From Sphyrna mokarran (Eukaryota), in the NCBI GenBank assembly GCA_024679065.1, contig JAGIQG010000016.1, positions 12,586,001 through 12,650,000 on the forward strand: 64,000 nucleotides of DNA, in the 5' to 3' direction. Numbering within the stretch: position 1 is the stretch's first letter; each line of letters starts with the position of its first letter. This document shows, piece by piece, positions 1 through 13,749 of this stretch. The position numbers were made by a program, and so were the translations under genes. The notes beneath the pieces are model-generated. The model searched no databases and was not told the origin of the DNA. It was given only the letters and a program-made list of their open reading frames with translations.

Positions 1-199
1 AATTCCTTGGACCCAATGCCAAAATTCCAAGGCGTTTCCTTAAGATAAAGTAGATTCAAAGTTTTACATTTGATTTGAGAATTTGTTACCATAAGGTGTT
101 TCACTCCATGTATGATTCCGGTGAATTTCCAACATAGATTTATTTTAACAATTGACGTGTATTTATGAACACAATTGATGTAAAACCAAGGAGTTATCA

Positions 200-710
200 T
201 AACTTCTAGCTCTCTCACAACTTCAGACATCTTCTGAGATAACACTCAACGCGAGAATGCTCTGTGAAAAAAAAGTTCTCTCTAGGTCGTGGTCTCACCG
301 CGTCATCATCCCCAAACAAGCTTGACTTATGAATCTATAATTTAAATCAACAATCGCCGAATCATTTCGGGTAAAATCTACTTGATAGCAATTATATTGA
401 CTTAGTAAGCATAACGTACTCGCCTTCTAGTAAGCACAATACCTGCAGCGTATCTTGCAGACACATTATTAGAATGCATTTATTAAAATCATATCATCAT
501 CGAAGCGATCAGCTTTCCATTTAGCCTCTCGTTTGTACAAGGAGAGCAGTGTAAAACTCTCAAATATATCGTCAAAGCTGAAGTTTCTTGTTGCTGGGGG
601 CATATTTGCTAATCTTTTTTTTGCACTCTATCCAATCCGTGCACATCTAAATTTATGTGCGGCGCCCATAAAAGTTTGCTATATTCCAACTGAGTTCTAG
701 CTTGTGATAC
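200..710 (-). mobile_element. Old CR1-type LINE 3' fragment
   Basis: The minus strand reads ARTQLEYSKLLWAPHINLDVHGLDRVQKK, resembling CR1 [29 protein letters not shown]. A CR1 'aactttttcacagag' motif lies near 262-280. Confidence 0.6.
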
Positions 711-750
711 TAACAAATGTTCACATTATTTCTTTACTTTCAAACCATAC

Positions 751-791
751 CTGCTCAGACATGACTAGCACGCTGACGCTCAGCTTCTGTT
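751..791 (-). pseudogene. Candidate 41-nt exon of the minus-strand decayed gene
   Basis: ttcattttAG|AACAGAAGCTG...TCTGAGCAG|GTATGG; reads (E)QKLSVSVLVMSEQ. Support is the splice signals only. Confidence 0.3.
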
Positions 792-939
792 CTAAAATGA
801 AGTACAGTTGTTTTATTCTCTACAAGGACAGTTACATTCATACTGCTGTGAAGTTAGTGTGAAAATCCACATTTGTTGTTGTCACAAGCTATAACGCAAT
901 TGGAATATAGCAAGCAGTTATTGGCGCCACACTAGGCCC

Positions 940-1170
940 CACAATCACGCGCCTGTTCGGGTAAACTAATTGAAAATTTAACATGGTCAGACCACCTAAC
1001 CTGGACATATTTGGAAAGAGGAAAGAAACCGGAGCACTCAGAGGAAACGCGGGCAGACGCGGGAAAAAAAAAACTTGCAAAAGCTGTACACACAGTAACC
1101 AAACTGGAAATCGAATCTGGGTCCATGGCACTTTGATGCACCAGTGCTAATCAATGTCGCACTGCGAGCG
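940..1170 (-). mobile_element. HE1-like tRNA-derived SINE, degraded
   Basis: The reverse complement has ttagcactggtgcatc...ggacccagattcgatttcc (box B-like) followed by the core gtttcctctgagtgctccggtttctttcc. Confidence 0.8.
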
Positions 1171-1899
1171 CTGTTCTACTAGGGACACTCAGCTTCTGAC
1201 ATTGTTGTAATTTTGGTGAAGGGAAGGAAACAAGTGCTGGACTTAATGGCTGATTTGTAAATGGCTGGCATAGATGTCATGGCAACATTTTACTGAATGC
1301 TGCTTCATAGATAACTCTAAAATCAATTGTCAAAGGGAGTCATGAGAGGATGATACTGATAAATAGAACTTAATCTAGCAGCATATTACATGTTGTTATT
1401 TCCACTGAATTTCCACAACTTATGTTTGGTCGATGCTGCAGGCGATAATAGTGACAGTTGTTAGAACCCAAAGTGCTCCGGATGTTGCATCAATAACATT
1501 GCATTCGTCACAACGGCAGAAACTGGAACGTTCCTCATTATTATACTGTCTTCAGCATATTTCCAGATCCCGAGAAACGGAAACCTTTTGTTTTCAAAAC
1601 AAATCTATCCTGAACAATATTCGACATGAACGACTTCTTGAAAAAAATAAATAAATGTTGCAATGAACAAAGTCCACATGTTTAGTGGTAACATTCAAAA
1701 GCTTAGCTCTTGCTGAATTTCGTGTTTCTAAATAAACTTTGGATTGTAGATATCAAAAATCTGATGTGATCAAGCCAAAGAAACACTTTCGCTAAGAAAG
1801 GTATGTCCCCACTTTACTTCAAAAATGCGGACAACTACCTACAAGACAGACATCAAATCAACGAAAAACGTTCAGTACGACACACAGAAACATCCCCTT

Positions 1900-2493
1900 T
1901 ACCCTCCAAGCCTGCGTCGAGCACGTTTACCTATCTAGAGCAATGACTTGTAACTCTTCCTTCTCCATGTAAATATGCCTATTAAGATAAAGCCCTAATT
2001 ATGGCTCACATAGCTGCCTCGCCAATTGGCAGTGCATTCCAGGCCACAAGCATCTTTTTGTGTAAAAAAAAGCTCCTCCCGCACGTGCCCACTGAACTCC
2101 ACGCGACCCCTTCCCCCACTCCATGTCTTGATCTTCTGCATCATTGTAAATGACACTTCTGTCGTGGAAAAAAAAAGACTTTCAACTGTTTGCTATTTCT
2201 GTACCTTTCTTTTTAAACTTCAATCTGTTTGCGATATAGATTCCACCTTTCCAGAGAGAACACTCCTATTTGATTCAATCTCTCCTCATTGGTAATAATT
2301 TTCATCCCAGCCAACATCCTGATAAACATTTTCTATATTGTCTCCAAAGTTCATGCCCTCCTGCTGGTGTGGTGGCCAGAAGAGGATTCAGTACTGCAAA
2401 CGCGGCCCGGCCAACGTTTTCATAAATCTGTAAGCTAATTTGCCAATTTCTTTACGAGATGCCCTGTCCGATGAGAGCAAGTTTGTCATATGC

Positions 2494-2495
<2 letters not shown>
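1900..2495 (-). mobile_element. CR1-type LINE 3' fragment, degraded
   Basis: The reverse complement encodes KTLAGPRLQY*ILFWPPHQQEGMNFGDN, resembling CR1 [19 protein letters not shown], followed by CR1 3'-like sequence. Confidence 0.65.

Positions 2496-2496
<1 letters not shown>

Positions 2497-2527
<31 letters not shown>
2497..2527. repeat. (CT)n microsatellite
   Basis: Direct run of tc repeats. Confidence 0.95.
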
Positions 2528-2529
<2 letters not shown>

Positions 2530-3540
2530 GTGTGAGGTTCTGTGGACCTCTACTCCCAGATAATTTTCCCAGTTACTCTATATATCCCAGTGTTCATAAA
2601 TTCCCAGCAAATCAAAAACATTCACAACATGCATCCCATTTCTTTCTCATCCTTTCGTCAACATCCAATCGCTCTTCTGGAAACACGCATTGACGAATTC
2701 TCAGTGCTGTAGTTCACTCATGTTTATTTAACAGTATATCCCAAACCCGCGAGCTCTACTGCAAGGCAACAGTACTTATATATATTTCCTCCAATTCTCA
2801 GCCAACCATGACATGAAATGTATCGCCGTCACTTCACTTAAAATGCCTCAATATTTTGGTATGCCCAACATAGTGCACTGTTTCAACAAGGATAGCCCTG
2901 CAACAAAAGTGCACAGCACAATCTTTTCAAGAGGGTAAGTGAACAGTGATACATCCTGTTTTAGCCCTCCACGCCCACATTCAAAAAATGAACGTTATTT
3001 ATAATTTATAGCTGTGGATCCAGCATTCATTATGATACAAATTTACATGTGAAATAAGTCTGTGAAAGAAACTTAAAGGTATCGAAAAAAAAACAGATAG
3101 TTAAATCAAGGAAGCAGAAATATAACATTGAAAACATTAATTTATTATCATGTCGGAACAACTGAGGTCCCGATTTCGTTAAGAGAAAACACACATATGT
3201 CTTTGAAAATGGGATATGAATGCAAATACGTATACATTAAATTGTTACTGTCACAATACTATTCTGCTTCTCCAAAATAAATACGTTAGTGCAGCAACGC
3301 AAACAATTTATCTTTCAAATGAAACTTGATCATTAAAGCAAATAAAATACAGAAATAAACAATTTTCGATAGTTCCCTAACACTCTAATCTAACTGGATC
3401 AATAAGTGGCATTGTCTCCTTTACTAATGAAAGATATGCCAGTCTTGCAGACATACACACACTCACGCACACATACATGGCTTTTTCTTGATTCGGAAGT
3501 CATTTTATATTTAGGGGGTCCTTAAGTTAAGCCTTTACAC

Positions 3541-4135
3541 CTGCCAACAAAGATTAGAGGTATACAGAACAAAATTGTTTGAGAAATAATCTTTGTAGAA
3601 CAAATTCACGTGACGATTGCTAACCCTAGCGGCCATATTAGACTTTGGGATGGGACAAATGTAAATTTAGTAATCTTTCCAAACAAGAGGTTGATCACTT
3701 TGTTTTTTCTTATTAGAATTAGATTTCCATTCGAGATAATGTTTGTAAATTTTATGGATTTTCATTCTATCAGTCTCTTTTAGCCAGGAAATGTTAACTC
3801 AGGCAATACGTACAAATGTGGTCTTGCTTTATTATATAACTATGATCGGATTTGGCCTTCATAATATTGATCTCTTGTAAGTAAGGAGAAGTTGATCAAA
3901 ATCTCCTCCCAATTGTGCTATTATTTTATTCAATTCGAGGAACAACATCTGCAATGTTAGTGATGGAGGTGGGAGGAAGGAAATAAATCTATAATTACGT
4001 GCTCATCCATGTGACACGTATTTAGCAAATTCATTTTGGAATTTTTCAGTTCATTGGGCGCTATGCAGTGAACAATCACACCAACGTAAGATGAAATCTG
4101 CAACTCACTAATAGTTTCTGTGCTTTCCTTCAGTT
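3541..4135 (-). pseudogene. Decayed exon, death-domain-like
   Basis: Acceptor ttcattcggtacacAG at 4136-4137 opens a phase-1 frame ELKESTETISELQ.... Through frameshifts it continues ITNIADVVPRIE..NWEEILINFSL..QEINIMK, the DD pattern IA..L...W..L...L...EI..I. The 3' end is approximate. Confidence 0.4.
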
Positions 4136-5098
4136 CTGTGTACCGAATGAAATACAACAGCAGCAGTGATATATGCAATACAGAACTTTCATTTATCCTT
4201 CCAAAAATAATAGCAGACAGATGAATTCGATCAATTCAATTGATTGTGCGATGAAATCTAAAAAAAAAAGTTTTCTCCATTGATCAAACATGATTCGACA
4301 GAGATTCGTAACAACATGCGTTGGAACATATATTTAAATTGTGTTAAAGGGGTCAGTTTAGTCTGTGATGATAACATATTGGTGCCGTGAAAAGCTACAG
4401 TTTTCAGTCTTTCCAATATAAGGAACGCTAATTCTTTAGAGCAGAGACATCATTGACGCATGTCATAATGTGAAGGGCTAGATTAAGAGAACAGTGATAA
4501 CAAAACCTGGGGCGACTAAAATCAAACTAATGAAAGATGCTGTCAGTCCAGCTGCAAACGATCGTTTGTGCGATGGTTGAACATTCTATTGAAAGTCACG
4601 CAGCGTAGCATCGCTTGAATTAGTTTAATGAGCAACCACGAATTAAGTCACATTATAAATCAAGAAAGAAAATACGAACAGAACAATCCGACAAAAAAAA
4701 GTGTTGGAACGTGAATAAATTTTGCCCACTATATTTGGAAGGAAACTTTTCCCGTTCAGTTACCTTTTTCACACTGCAACAGTTTATCATCTGTAATATA
4801 AGTAGAGATTAAGATTGGAATTCGTGCTCCAAATGCGAAAGCTGTACATGAAAGTAAAAATAATGTTTCTAGCCGATGTTATTTCAACTGTGGAACAGGA
4901 ACAATTAAAATATAGGATTGTGTATTCTTGTGTATCCCTCTTCTATCCCACGCAATATGTGGTGTTTAGGTACAGTTCTTCGGTAGGTTATCATCATGAA
5001 ATGTTGCAATGATAGAGGAATTATCAGTTATTGTATATACGCTGTGGTCACACAAAAAAAAACATTGCTTGAAGACAGCAACTGAGGCGAAAGTTTAC

Positions 5099-5776
5099 TC
5101 AACTGATGAGTATATTTTGGGATAATTAACGAGCATTGGACTTTTTTCGTATATATTTATTTCGCAGTTCCATTTCAGGTCTTCTTCATACAAAATGAAC
5201 AGACTTTCTCCAAACAAATTAAATTATGTTCTCCACTAACTGGTCTGCTCCGAGACTGCAACTGATCAATCAAAGGGCTTGAGTGCATCTGTGATCAACA
5301 TCAAAGCAGAAGTCTACAAACGCTCTCCAATCTCCATATCATCCGAATTTCCGAAGGTTTGTTTATTTACGTATCTTTTTGAAAACACAAGACAGCTTGT
5401 ACAATTTAATTTTGAAGGATACAAGCAGACAATGAGTCACGAAGAGTTTCGAATTTCACCACTGTGTTCTTTACATTGTTGTGTAATTTCCTACATGATT
5501 TCCAGAATGTTCAGTTTAATTTTAGGCATGAATCGCTAAAAGATATCAGTCACTTCAGACATCAGTTGAGCCTAGCATCAAAAATCATTGAAAACTCTCC
5601 AATGTGGTGATTGAGGTTGGAACAAATGAACAGCGTCTTTGAATTCAAGGATTTCAAAGCAAACCAACTTCAATGAATTAGGCATGCAGATTATGAAACA
5701 ATATAAGGACATTGAATATCTATTTCACTCTAAACATCCGAACCTATCAATCACTAACCAAAATATTTCAGACTAT
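5099..5776 (-). pseudogene. Decayed exon with two death-domain-like repeats
   Basis: Acceptor catttatacAG. Reads HLFQPQSPHWRVFNDF...LNILEIM...KFETLRDSL, then GDWRAFVDFCF, with several stops. Confidence 0.4.
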
Positions 5777-6579
5777 CTGTATAAATGTGGATTCAAATTC
5801 TTGGTTGTTAAAGTATATGTTTTATTTTTCTCCCTGAATTTATAAGTTCTTTGGAAGAAAATGGAATGAGTTGAACATTTACAGCATTTGTCTGGATATA
5901 TTTCATAATATTAAAGGGAACTCCATTTAACAGGGCTGGCAGGAAAGCATGACATTTTAATTAAATCGTGTGTAGTTGTTGATCTTCGATATTTCTAATC
6001 TCATGTGAGAAGGCGAATTTCGAGATTAATAATTTATTTTACATTCTTGTTAATAGTCTAGAATTGTCACTGAAAATTCAGTCAAAATGAATTCAGATCC
6101 ATGTGATGCTTGCATAAAGTGTCAAAAGAACAATAGAACAAATTCTGCACACTAGCAAAAAGTGTTCCTCCGGTTTCTGTAATTCAGCACCTGAAAACTT
6201 GCATAAATAAAAGTAAGCTGAAGTTGCAGCCACGACAGTCTGTAAATATTTTGGAATGCCACCAACAAGGCTTGAGGAATCTCCTTATTTCAGAATCTGA
6301 AACACAAAATATCAAAGTATCGTGTTTCGTTTTATATTCGCTGTTAAGGAATATAGAATTTCACAATTGTTTTGTGTGCAAAACCAAAATAGGGGATGCG
6401 CAGGCAGAATCCTGGATATTTATCAGAAGGGTAACAATAAGCGAGCAAATAAATTAGAAATGTCCTATGATACAATGAGCTGTCAATGGACAACTGATAG
6501 AATGAATGCATTCCGTGGTACTGAGCAGAATTTATATCAGAGAAATTATGAACTTGTACACGTCAATGTGAGCGATGCC

Positions 6580-9500
6580 GCAAGTGGTGGTGGGATTTCA
6601 GCGAGGCCGATGGTATGAATGAATGTGGAGTGGTTTGGGAATTTGCTGCCGAGGATAAGCAGGTGTTCATCGCCGGGAGGAGGAGAGGGACAGACGGACG
6701 TTGGAGACTCGAGGGCAAATGAGAGGTACAAAGAAGCCGAACAGTGACGTCACAGCCATCAGGAAAGTGATGTCTCGTGACTGACTTCAGTAGCGAAGCT
6801 GAGCAGGAAGGAGCCGGAGAGCATCATTAGAAGGCAAGAGTTTCGTCTTCTGAGTGTTGCGACTAGGGGAACTGAAAGATTACGTTTCAGTAGGGTTGTT
6901 ATTTGTTGGCTGACATTTGCTAATTTGAGACAGTGTTAATTTACTTGTTAAATTTGAGCCCTGATGCAAATAGCAAGTATATGTATAACGGTAGAACACG
7001 AAAAAAACATCAATTCTAACAATAACTAAATAAAGTAAGGGTAGTGGTCATACCGCTGTGATTAGCTAACTTGAATTCTGTCAAAACTGTGACCCGAGTG
7101 TGTAGCTGCGAGCGAAGCAGGTAGAGGCAGTGTTGCAGGAACTTCAGCACTTATCCTTCTCCAACAGGTTCGCGATTCTTGCTCCCTGTGTGGAAGGGAA
7201 TAGGGACTGTAAGGAGGATGAATCAACTGATCGCAGCACCTTGGTTCGGAAAGCAATTTAAATTGGGGAGAGAGGAAATAAATGCAGTTTTAAATTGGGA
7301 TAAAATATATGGGGGACAGACACTATTCTCTGTGACCACATTCGAGAGATCCGGAGGTTGTTTTACGTACCAGGTGAAGGAATTCAAGATATTTCATCTG
7401 GGCTACAGAGGAACATATGAGTGAGGAAGTGGAGCCAAATACTCGCGTTCTGGAATTAAACAATGGTAATTACATGGGAAAGAGGAAAGTCTTAGACCGA
7501 GTCAGTGGGTTGGAATGCTAAAAGTAGGGCACGGATGAGTAGTGGCAGTTCATTAAGGAGATACCGTAGATGTGTAGAGAAAAAAAAAACCCAGTCAGGA
7601 AGAGCGATGGTAAGTGAGCTTAAAAGAAACCATAGCGAAACAAGGAAGTCAAGGAAAGTAACTAGGTAAAAAAAAAGATATACTATATGGCAAATGCCAG
7701 TCGCAGTTTGGAAGACAGGAAATATTTAAACATGATAACGGGATAGTGAAAATTAATATGAAAAGCTAAGACAAATTACGAAAGAAAACAAACAAAATTC
7801 GTCAAGAGGGGCAGCAAAAGCTTCTATAGCTTCATACAGTGGAAACGAGTCCCGTTGCTGAATGTTGGTCCTTTGGAAGTTAAATCCGGAGAGTTAATAC
7901 TGGGGAAAACTGAAATGGCTGACGTGATAAATCAATACTTTGCCTTAGTTTTCACAGTGGAGGACATTAGTTCATTCATAGGAACAGGCACATTAGAGGT
8001 AATATAAAAGTTAGAACTCAGAACAAACAACATTGATAGGGGAAAATAAATGAGCACTCTCTTCGCATTGAGGGCATATACATCATTCGAAATTGATGGC
8101 CTAAATCCAAAGCTAATAAAGTAAGTGGCAGCGGAGACAATGGACCCATTGACTATAATATTCTAAAACAACCTGGACACAGAAAACGTTCCAATGGGTT
8201 GAAAGCACGTTAATGTAAAGCTCTCATTCGAAAAGGGAGGAAAGCTAAATGTCACCAATTACGGACCAATTAGGTTAACATCTCTTGTTGGGCAAATGTT
8301 CCAATTAATTATAAAGAAAGCAGTATCCGAACATTTGGAATGTAAAAACGTTATGCTTTAGAGTCTCTATGGTAGTATGCAGGTCAAGTTATATTTGAAT
8401 CTGATTGCTCGATTTCTTTGAAGTTGCAACAAGCGAAGTCGATCATACGATTCTGCACATATAGTATATGTGGACTTCCAGAAAATGTTCGATACGATGC
8501 CACAGGAATGGTTAATTCACAGTTTCAGATCACATGGGATTAGGGATCTTTACTTTTTTGGGGCAGAAAACAGAGTTGGCAGAGTTTTTTTTTTCTTTTC
8601 TGGATGGCAAGATGTATCAACTGGTGTGTCATAAGGTTGCGCCTTCAGGCCCCAACTACTTACAATCTACGTTAATGATTTGGAATTTTCTGTAGACACT
8701 ATGCAGGCCACAGACACGATGACAGACCAGTAAGTTACAACGAGATCACCTTAAAAGAAAGGGTATAGATAGAGTGGAAGAGTGAGTTCAAATGTTGACA
8801 GACAGAGTTTAACGTGAATAAATATGAGGTCATTCATTTGGGTCAGAGATATGACAAGGCTACTTAATATCTAAATAGTCTAACATTTGGATGCTCATGT
8901 GCAGGAGCTTCAAGGTATCTTATTTCATGAGCCTCAGAAAGCTAGCATGCAGGTGCAAAAACTAATAAAAAACAAATGGGATATTAATATTTTAGCAAAA
9001 AAATATAGAATAGAAAGGTAAGGAACTATTGTTGCGACTATACAAGACATTGGCGGGAACGCAGCTGGAGATTTTGCACAGTTTTCGTCCACTAATTTCA
9101 GGAAATATATAACTGGATTGGAGGCAGGTCACAAAATGTTGAAAATAGTGATTTCAGAGATGAAGGGTTGATCGTACAAAGAGAAATTCGACAATTTGGA
9201 CCATTACTTCCTCGAACTAGAAAGAACGAGGGGAGATCAAAGTAATGTATACATGATGATAAAACGTACGCATAAAGTCGACGTGCCACAAATGAATCTC
9301 CTGTGGGGTATTCCAGGACGAGAGGTCATAGCCTTAGGATAAGGGGCAGCAAAGTTGAAACGGTATTGCGGGGAAACCACAACCCCCATCCCCCCTCTCC
9401 GCCGAAGCGTTATGAAGTGATGGAAATCGCTACGCCAAAATTCGGTAGGTGTTGTGACATTGAGTTGAATATTTTGATTTTTTATAATTGGCAATATTTT

Positions 9501-9615
9501 AAATGCTTATGAGGAGAAGGCAGTAAAATGGGAATTAGGAGCATATCAGCTATGATGGAGTGGCAAAGCGGATTCAATCGGCTAAATTGCCTAATTCTGC
9601 TCCTAAGAAGAAAGT
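6580..9615 (+). mobile_element. Old, internally deleted CR1-type LINE (5' region, ORF1 remnant, RT remnant, 3' end)
   Basis: GC-richer 5' end; RT remnants NYGPIRLTSLVG (about 8258) and VYVDFQKMFD (about 8463); CR1 3' end 'gctaaattgcctaattctgctcct' at about 9580. Many stops. Confidence 0.85.
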
Positions 9616-9799
9616 TACGACCGATTTTGAATTCAATGATAGGTGTGTGAATCCTCTTGTGAACGTCATTATACGAAAGAAGCAAGTGTCAATATCTAAC
9701 ATTGCATTAAAATGAAAAATGCAAGGCTTCGAATGAGATCAATCACAAGGTTACTGCTTGAGGCCACAGTAAAAATAACTTGGGCCTTAGTATGTATCT

Positions 9800-10440
9800 T
9801 CACATAAGCTTTGAATAGGGGTAAGGTTCCAGAGGATTAAAGAATAATCAATGCTGCGTCCATGTTTCAAAAGCGAAGCAGGGATAATGCAGCAAGTTAT
9901 ATGCCGCTGCACCTTGCATCAACGGTGGGGAATGTTTTGGACAAGATACTGAGGAACAGACAATATGTGGGGGAAAGCTGGTTGGTTAATGGCAGAAGGC
10001 ATTGTTTTGTGCAGGCAATGTCATATCTTACAAAACGGATAATTTTTTTGGAAGAGTTGACAAAGAAAATTGATGAAACTGTATATTGAATTCAGTAAGT
10101 CGCATCTGAAGTTCCCGCACAACAAATTGGTACAAAAGTTAAAACCACTGTAAGGCCCAGCTCGGTAGATACAGAACCAACTTCGTTATATGGGATAAAA
10201 CATAGCCGTGGAATGGTTCATTTCGGTATGAAAAATTGTGGTATTGTGCAGAGATCGGTGCTGTGATCTTTATTGTTTGCAATACAATGAAATGGCCCAA
10301 AGACAATGTGTGTGGTCTGATTTTTAAGTCTGCAAATGATATAAGGATTGGTAGCAACGCTGTGAATTTTGAGGGGTTACATGATTTTATAGAAAAATTG
10401 TTAGTTAGATTGGAAACTTGAGTATTACAAAGACAGATGG
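9800..10440 (+). mobile_element. CR1 RT fragment
   Basis: ORF 9862-10089 reads DNAASYMPLHLASTVGNVLDKILR...HCFVQAMSYLTKRIIFLEELTK, resembling CR1 NYRPVSLTSVVGK...HGFVKGRSCLTNLIEFFEEVTK. Confidence 0.8.
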
Positions 10441-10805
10441 AAGATAATCTTGCAAGGTGGTGTACTTTAGGTTTGTTGTGTTTATTAATGACATTGTAAC
10501 TCGCAGAACGATTTGGAACATTACCATGCAAAATAAATTGCCTTTCAGATAATCTAAAATCCAAGCAATCATGGTCTGCGTCCAATGCAAATAACTTTTC
10601 AGTGTTCTTTTGTTATGTATTAACATTTTTTTCCCCTCTGAAATTCCTCACCTTTCTCATTGAGGGCTTTTTTTAATCTTCGTATCTCTGAAAAAAATAC
10701 GGACATTCAGAAATTCTATCTGACCTATTACATTATTATTGTCTCAACTTAAGTCATTCACTTTTGATCAGGTGCAAAAATTGTAATAAATGATCAAAGT
10801 GTTAC

Positions 10806-11860
10806 CTCCAGACCTGACACACCCACTGCTGGCTCCACCACATAAACTTCAGAAACAGGATGGAAACAAAAATCGAATGAGCGGTATTTGCCAGAGTCTG
10901 ATTTGACCCAGTATTTCTTGTTTTTTTTTGTTCCCGACAGTCACTGTTCACTCTGAAGCTGCTTAAATATAGAAATTCAAGTAGCTGCCTTTCCTCGAAA
11001 ATTTCGGTAAACCGATCGAGGACCAAATATTTCTTGTGTTCTACATTCCCACAATGCGAATTATTTGCAATCATTTATTTTATTTCTGAGTGGCCTTGCT
11101 TTCAGTTGCTTGCCCTGAATTCTGCTGCTCCATCCTTAAACTTTTCTGAGTAACGATGCGATTTATTTCAAGAAGAAAAACAACATGGATCAAAGTGGTA
11201 TATTGATTATGGAATGTGTAACAGTGACTGAAATGTCCGTAAGCTTGGATTTCTAATTGTAACAAACAATGTAATATGCTGCCATTTGTTGGTTGTTCGC
11301 ATTATGAATTTCTTGTGTGATATATAAATACGTTGCAGTGTGTTATTAAGTTGATGGTTTGTTGAAATGCGCAATATTTTTTTCCAAATCGATAAACTTG
11401 CCAAGAAGACGACTGCCTTAATTGAGGTGGACAACCTGATGTTTTAAGTGGATGAAACAAGACTATTCCTTCAAGACCATGTTCTATTGTGATTGAACCG
11501 CTATGGAAAAGTTATCCTGGTCAACATCGTTAAAATATGCAAAATGATTGTCAAATCAAATAATATACATCTGATTTCTTTATCCTTGAAAATGCTGACC
11601 TGAAATACCGTAACAATGCATAAAATACAACTGGAACTACGTCTGCCGAAAATAAAGGCAGGGATTGCAAGATGAAGTTGTGCAATGTTCTCGTCGCTCC
11701 AACATGGGCGCCAGTGGCTCGACAAGCCACTTCAGTGTCATCGGTTTATTTTTTTCCAAAACGATGAGTTCTCTTTTTTGATTAAAATAAAATGAATTCA
11801 AATACAGACACGAATAAACACTGTAATGAGTACCATCGTCTTTTTCAATGAATGCTTTTG
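10806..11860 (-). pseudogene. Decayed ~1.05-kb exon, partly homologous to the 52.3-kb region (DD-like)
   Basis: Strong acceptor (T-tract, atgttttcAG) and donor GAG|GTAACA. Starts KAFIEKDDGTHY, matching KPYIDKNNGTHY at about 52310-52350. Ends KYWVKSDSGKYRSFDFCFHPVSEVYVVEPAVGVSGLE. Confidence 0.55.
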
Positions 11861-12543
11861 CTGAAAACATAAAAAAAGAGAATTAAACGAACAACACGGA
11901 ATGCAACAATATTTCCAGTGAAATCGAACGTAAATGATTACAATTGCTTTAACATTTCATGTCATCACATGAAAAGCTACTTAATATTTAAATTATGCAA
12001 GGGTATTAATTGTTGAAGTAAACACTGTCCAACTTCTCATTTTAAATACAATCATCAATACATGTTTTAATAAATGTTTTCTAAAAATCAATTCTGGGAC
12101 TCGACATATGTTGCGAGCGGCAAGGCTTGTTAATTTTTTAACCCATTCAATATCAGCATATGAGTTAAAAGAGTAATGCCTACATACATGTAGTGTTGTA
12201 GTTAAAATAATAACTCTGAGATAGTGAGCCAAAGTAAAATGATATTTTAATTCTAAAGCTCTGGCGTTTATCAAGATTTTTGAGAGAAACTGTTTCCTCA
12301 CAATGGTCTACCAAACTTCTCATAGAACATGAACACAAGTGGGTATTTATACATTATGAACTCGAAAAGTAATCACGATTCAAAGTTCAAATTCCGGCCA
12401 GACCGCCGGTTTTCCTTCCTTGGTCGTGATTCAGCCTCATATTTAATCAGGAATCATAGTCCTGCGGCCAGGACACAGTTTTCAATCTGATCACGATTCA
12501 ATACCATCTGTAGCAGTACCGGCATCCATGTCTTTGAAGTTAC

Positions 12544-12612
12544 TTGTTCGTTCTCGGCTGCCCCAGCCGGACTCTTCCTGTTAATTCCGGTACCGTGATC
12601 TGCCATTAGAAG
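12544..12612 (-). pseudogene. Candidate 69-nt exon
   Basis: gcatttttacAG|CTTCTAATG...GAACAA|GTAACT; length is a multiple of 3. Confidence 0.35.
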
Positions 12613-13749
12613 CTGTAAAAATGCAGTATCATAAACTAACATCTTTGTAACCACGCCCAACTAACACAAATAGGTGTGATTTGCAAAGTCTGCAAAATAA
12701 TTAAACTATCTGTCTTTATAAAAATGAGAGTACAAACATGTAAGACATGAGCAAACAATTTATATCACTGTCAGGAATAATATAAGCTGAATGAGATCAT
12801 TCATGTGGAAGGATTATGTTTGTTATATGTTCTAGATACAAAATGCATTCATCCCTTGCCTACTTCATGCACCTTTCTGGAATGACTTTCCATCTAGAAG
12901 TGCTTTTAGGCAATGAATCGCTTTTGAAATGTTATTACTGTTTTCATATTGGACAGGTTATTTTACATAATACAAACCTCCTTGAAATTCTCGGGGATTG
13001 ATATGCGTTCTGGGAATATATCTGTTTTATAAGGTAATAAACTGGCCTCTACTCTCAGGAGCATGATATATCATTTTAGGTAATGTTGGGTAGCACCTAC
13101 TGATTTGTTCTTCATATCGTCGCCAAAAAATACACATTTCCAGAAGCAACAGTAACATCTGAATATGTACTTATGATTGTTTTTATACATGTGGGAGTGT
13201 GATGATCATAATTGATCACCGGCATTTCGGCATTGCCCCTTTTTTTCTGAGCTTGTATTAAATGTGCACTCTTGACCAGACTTTGTCGGGCATCCTACCA
13301 CCAGGAGTGTTATCGTGCTGCAGGACTGACAGAACACTTTCAGTCATCAGCCAAAACAAAACCCTTGGGATGAACTGCAAAGCTCTAGGTAGCCTCCTTT
13401 GACGATGGAAGGCAGCAGTCATATAAAAATTTAGTCTCTCAAATATCGCCACTCTGAGTTTGCATGGCTATCACGAACTAAATAACCAACACGTATTGGA
13501 AACTCACTTAATATCAGCAGGCTCAGCATTATGGGAGCTCTGTACATCAGATCAATCGTAATGTTCAGGAAGCAACGAGATGATTGTACCATGTAGATTC
13601 CCCTTCAACACTTACATCAATATAGTGGTAAACACAGTTCAAACTGCTGCACTATCCAATGAGATCACTGCTGATGCCATTTGCTAATGTGCAAACCTAT
13701 ATTCCAAATCAGGCAAATTAACTGAAGTCACGTTATCACAATGTTAACG

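Noticed and set aside
13280-13400. Minus-strand PKGFVLADD*KC...PGGRMP, resembling a coagulation-factor EGF2 domain
   Set aside because: Requires frameshifts, lacks most cysteines and has no Gla or protease exons nearby; likely chance.
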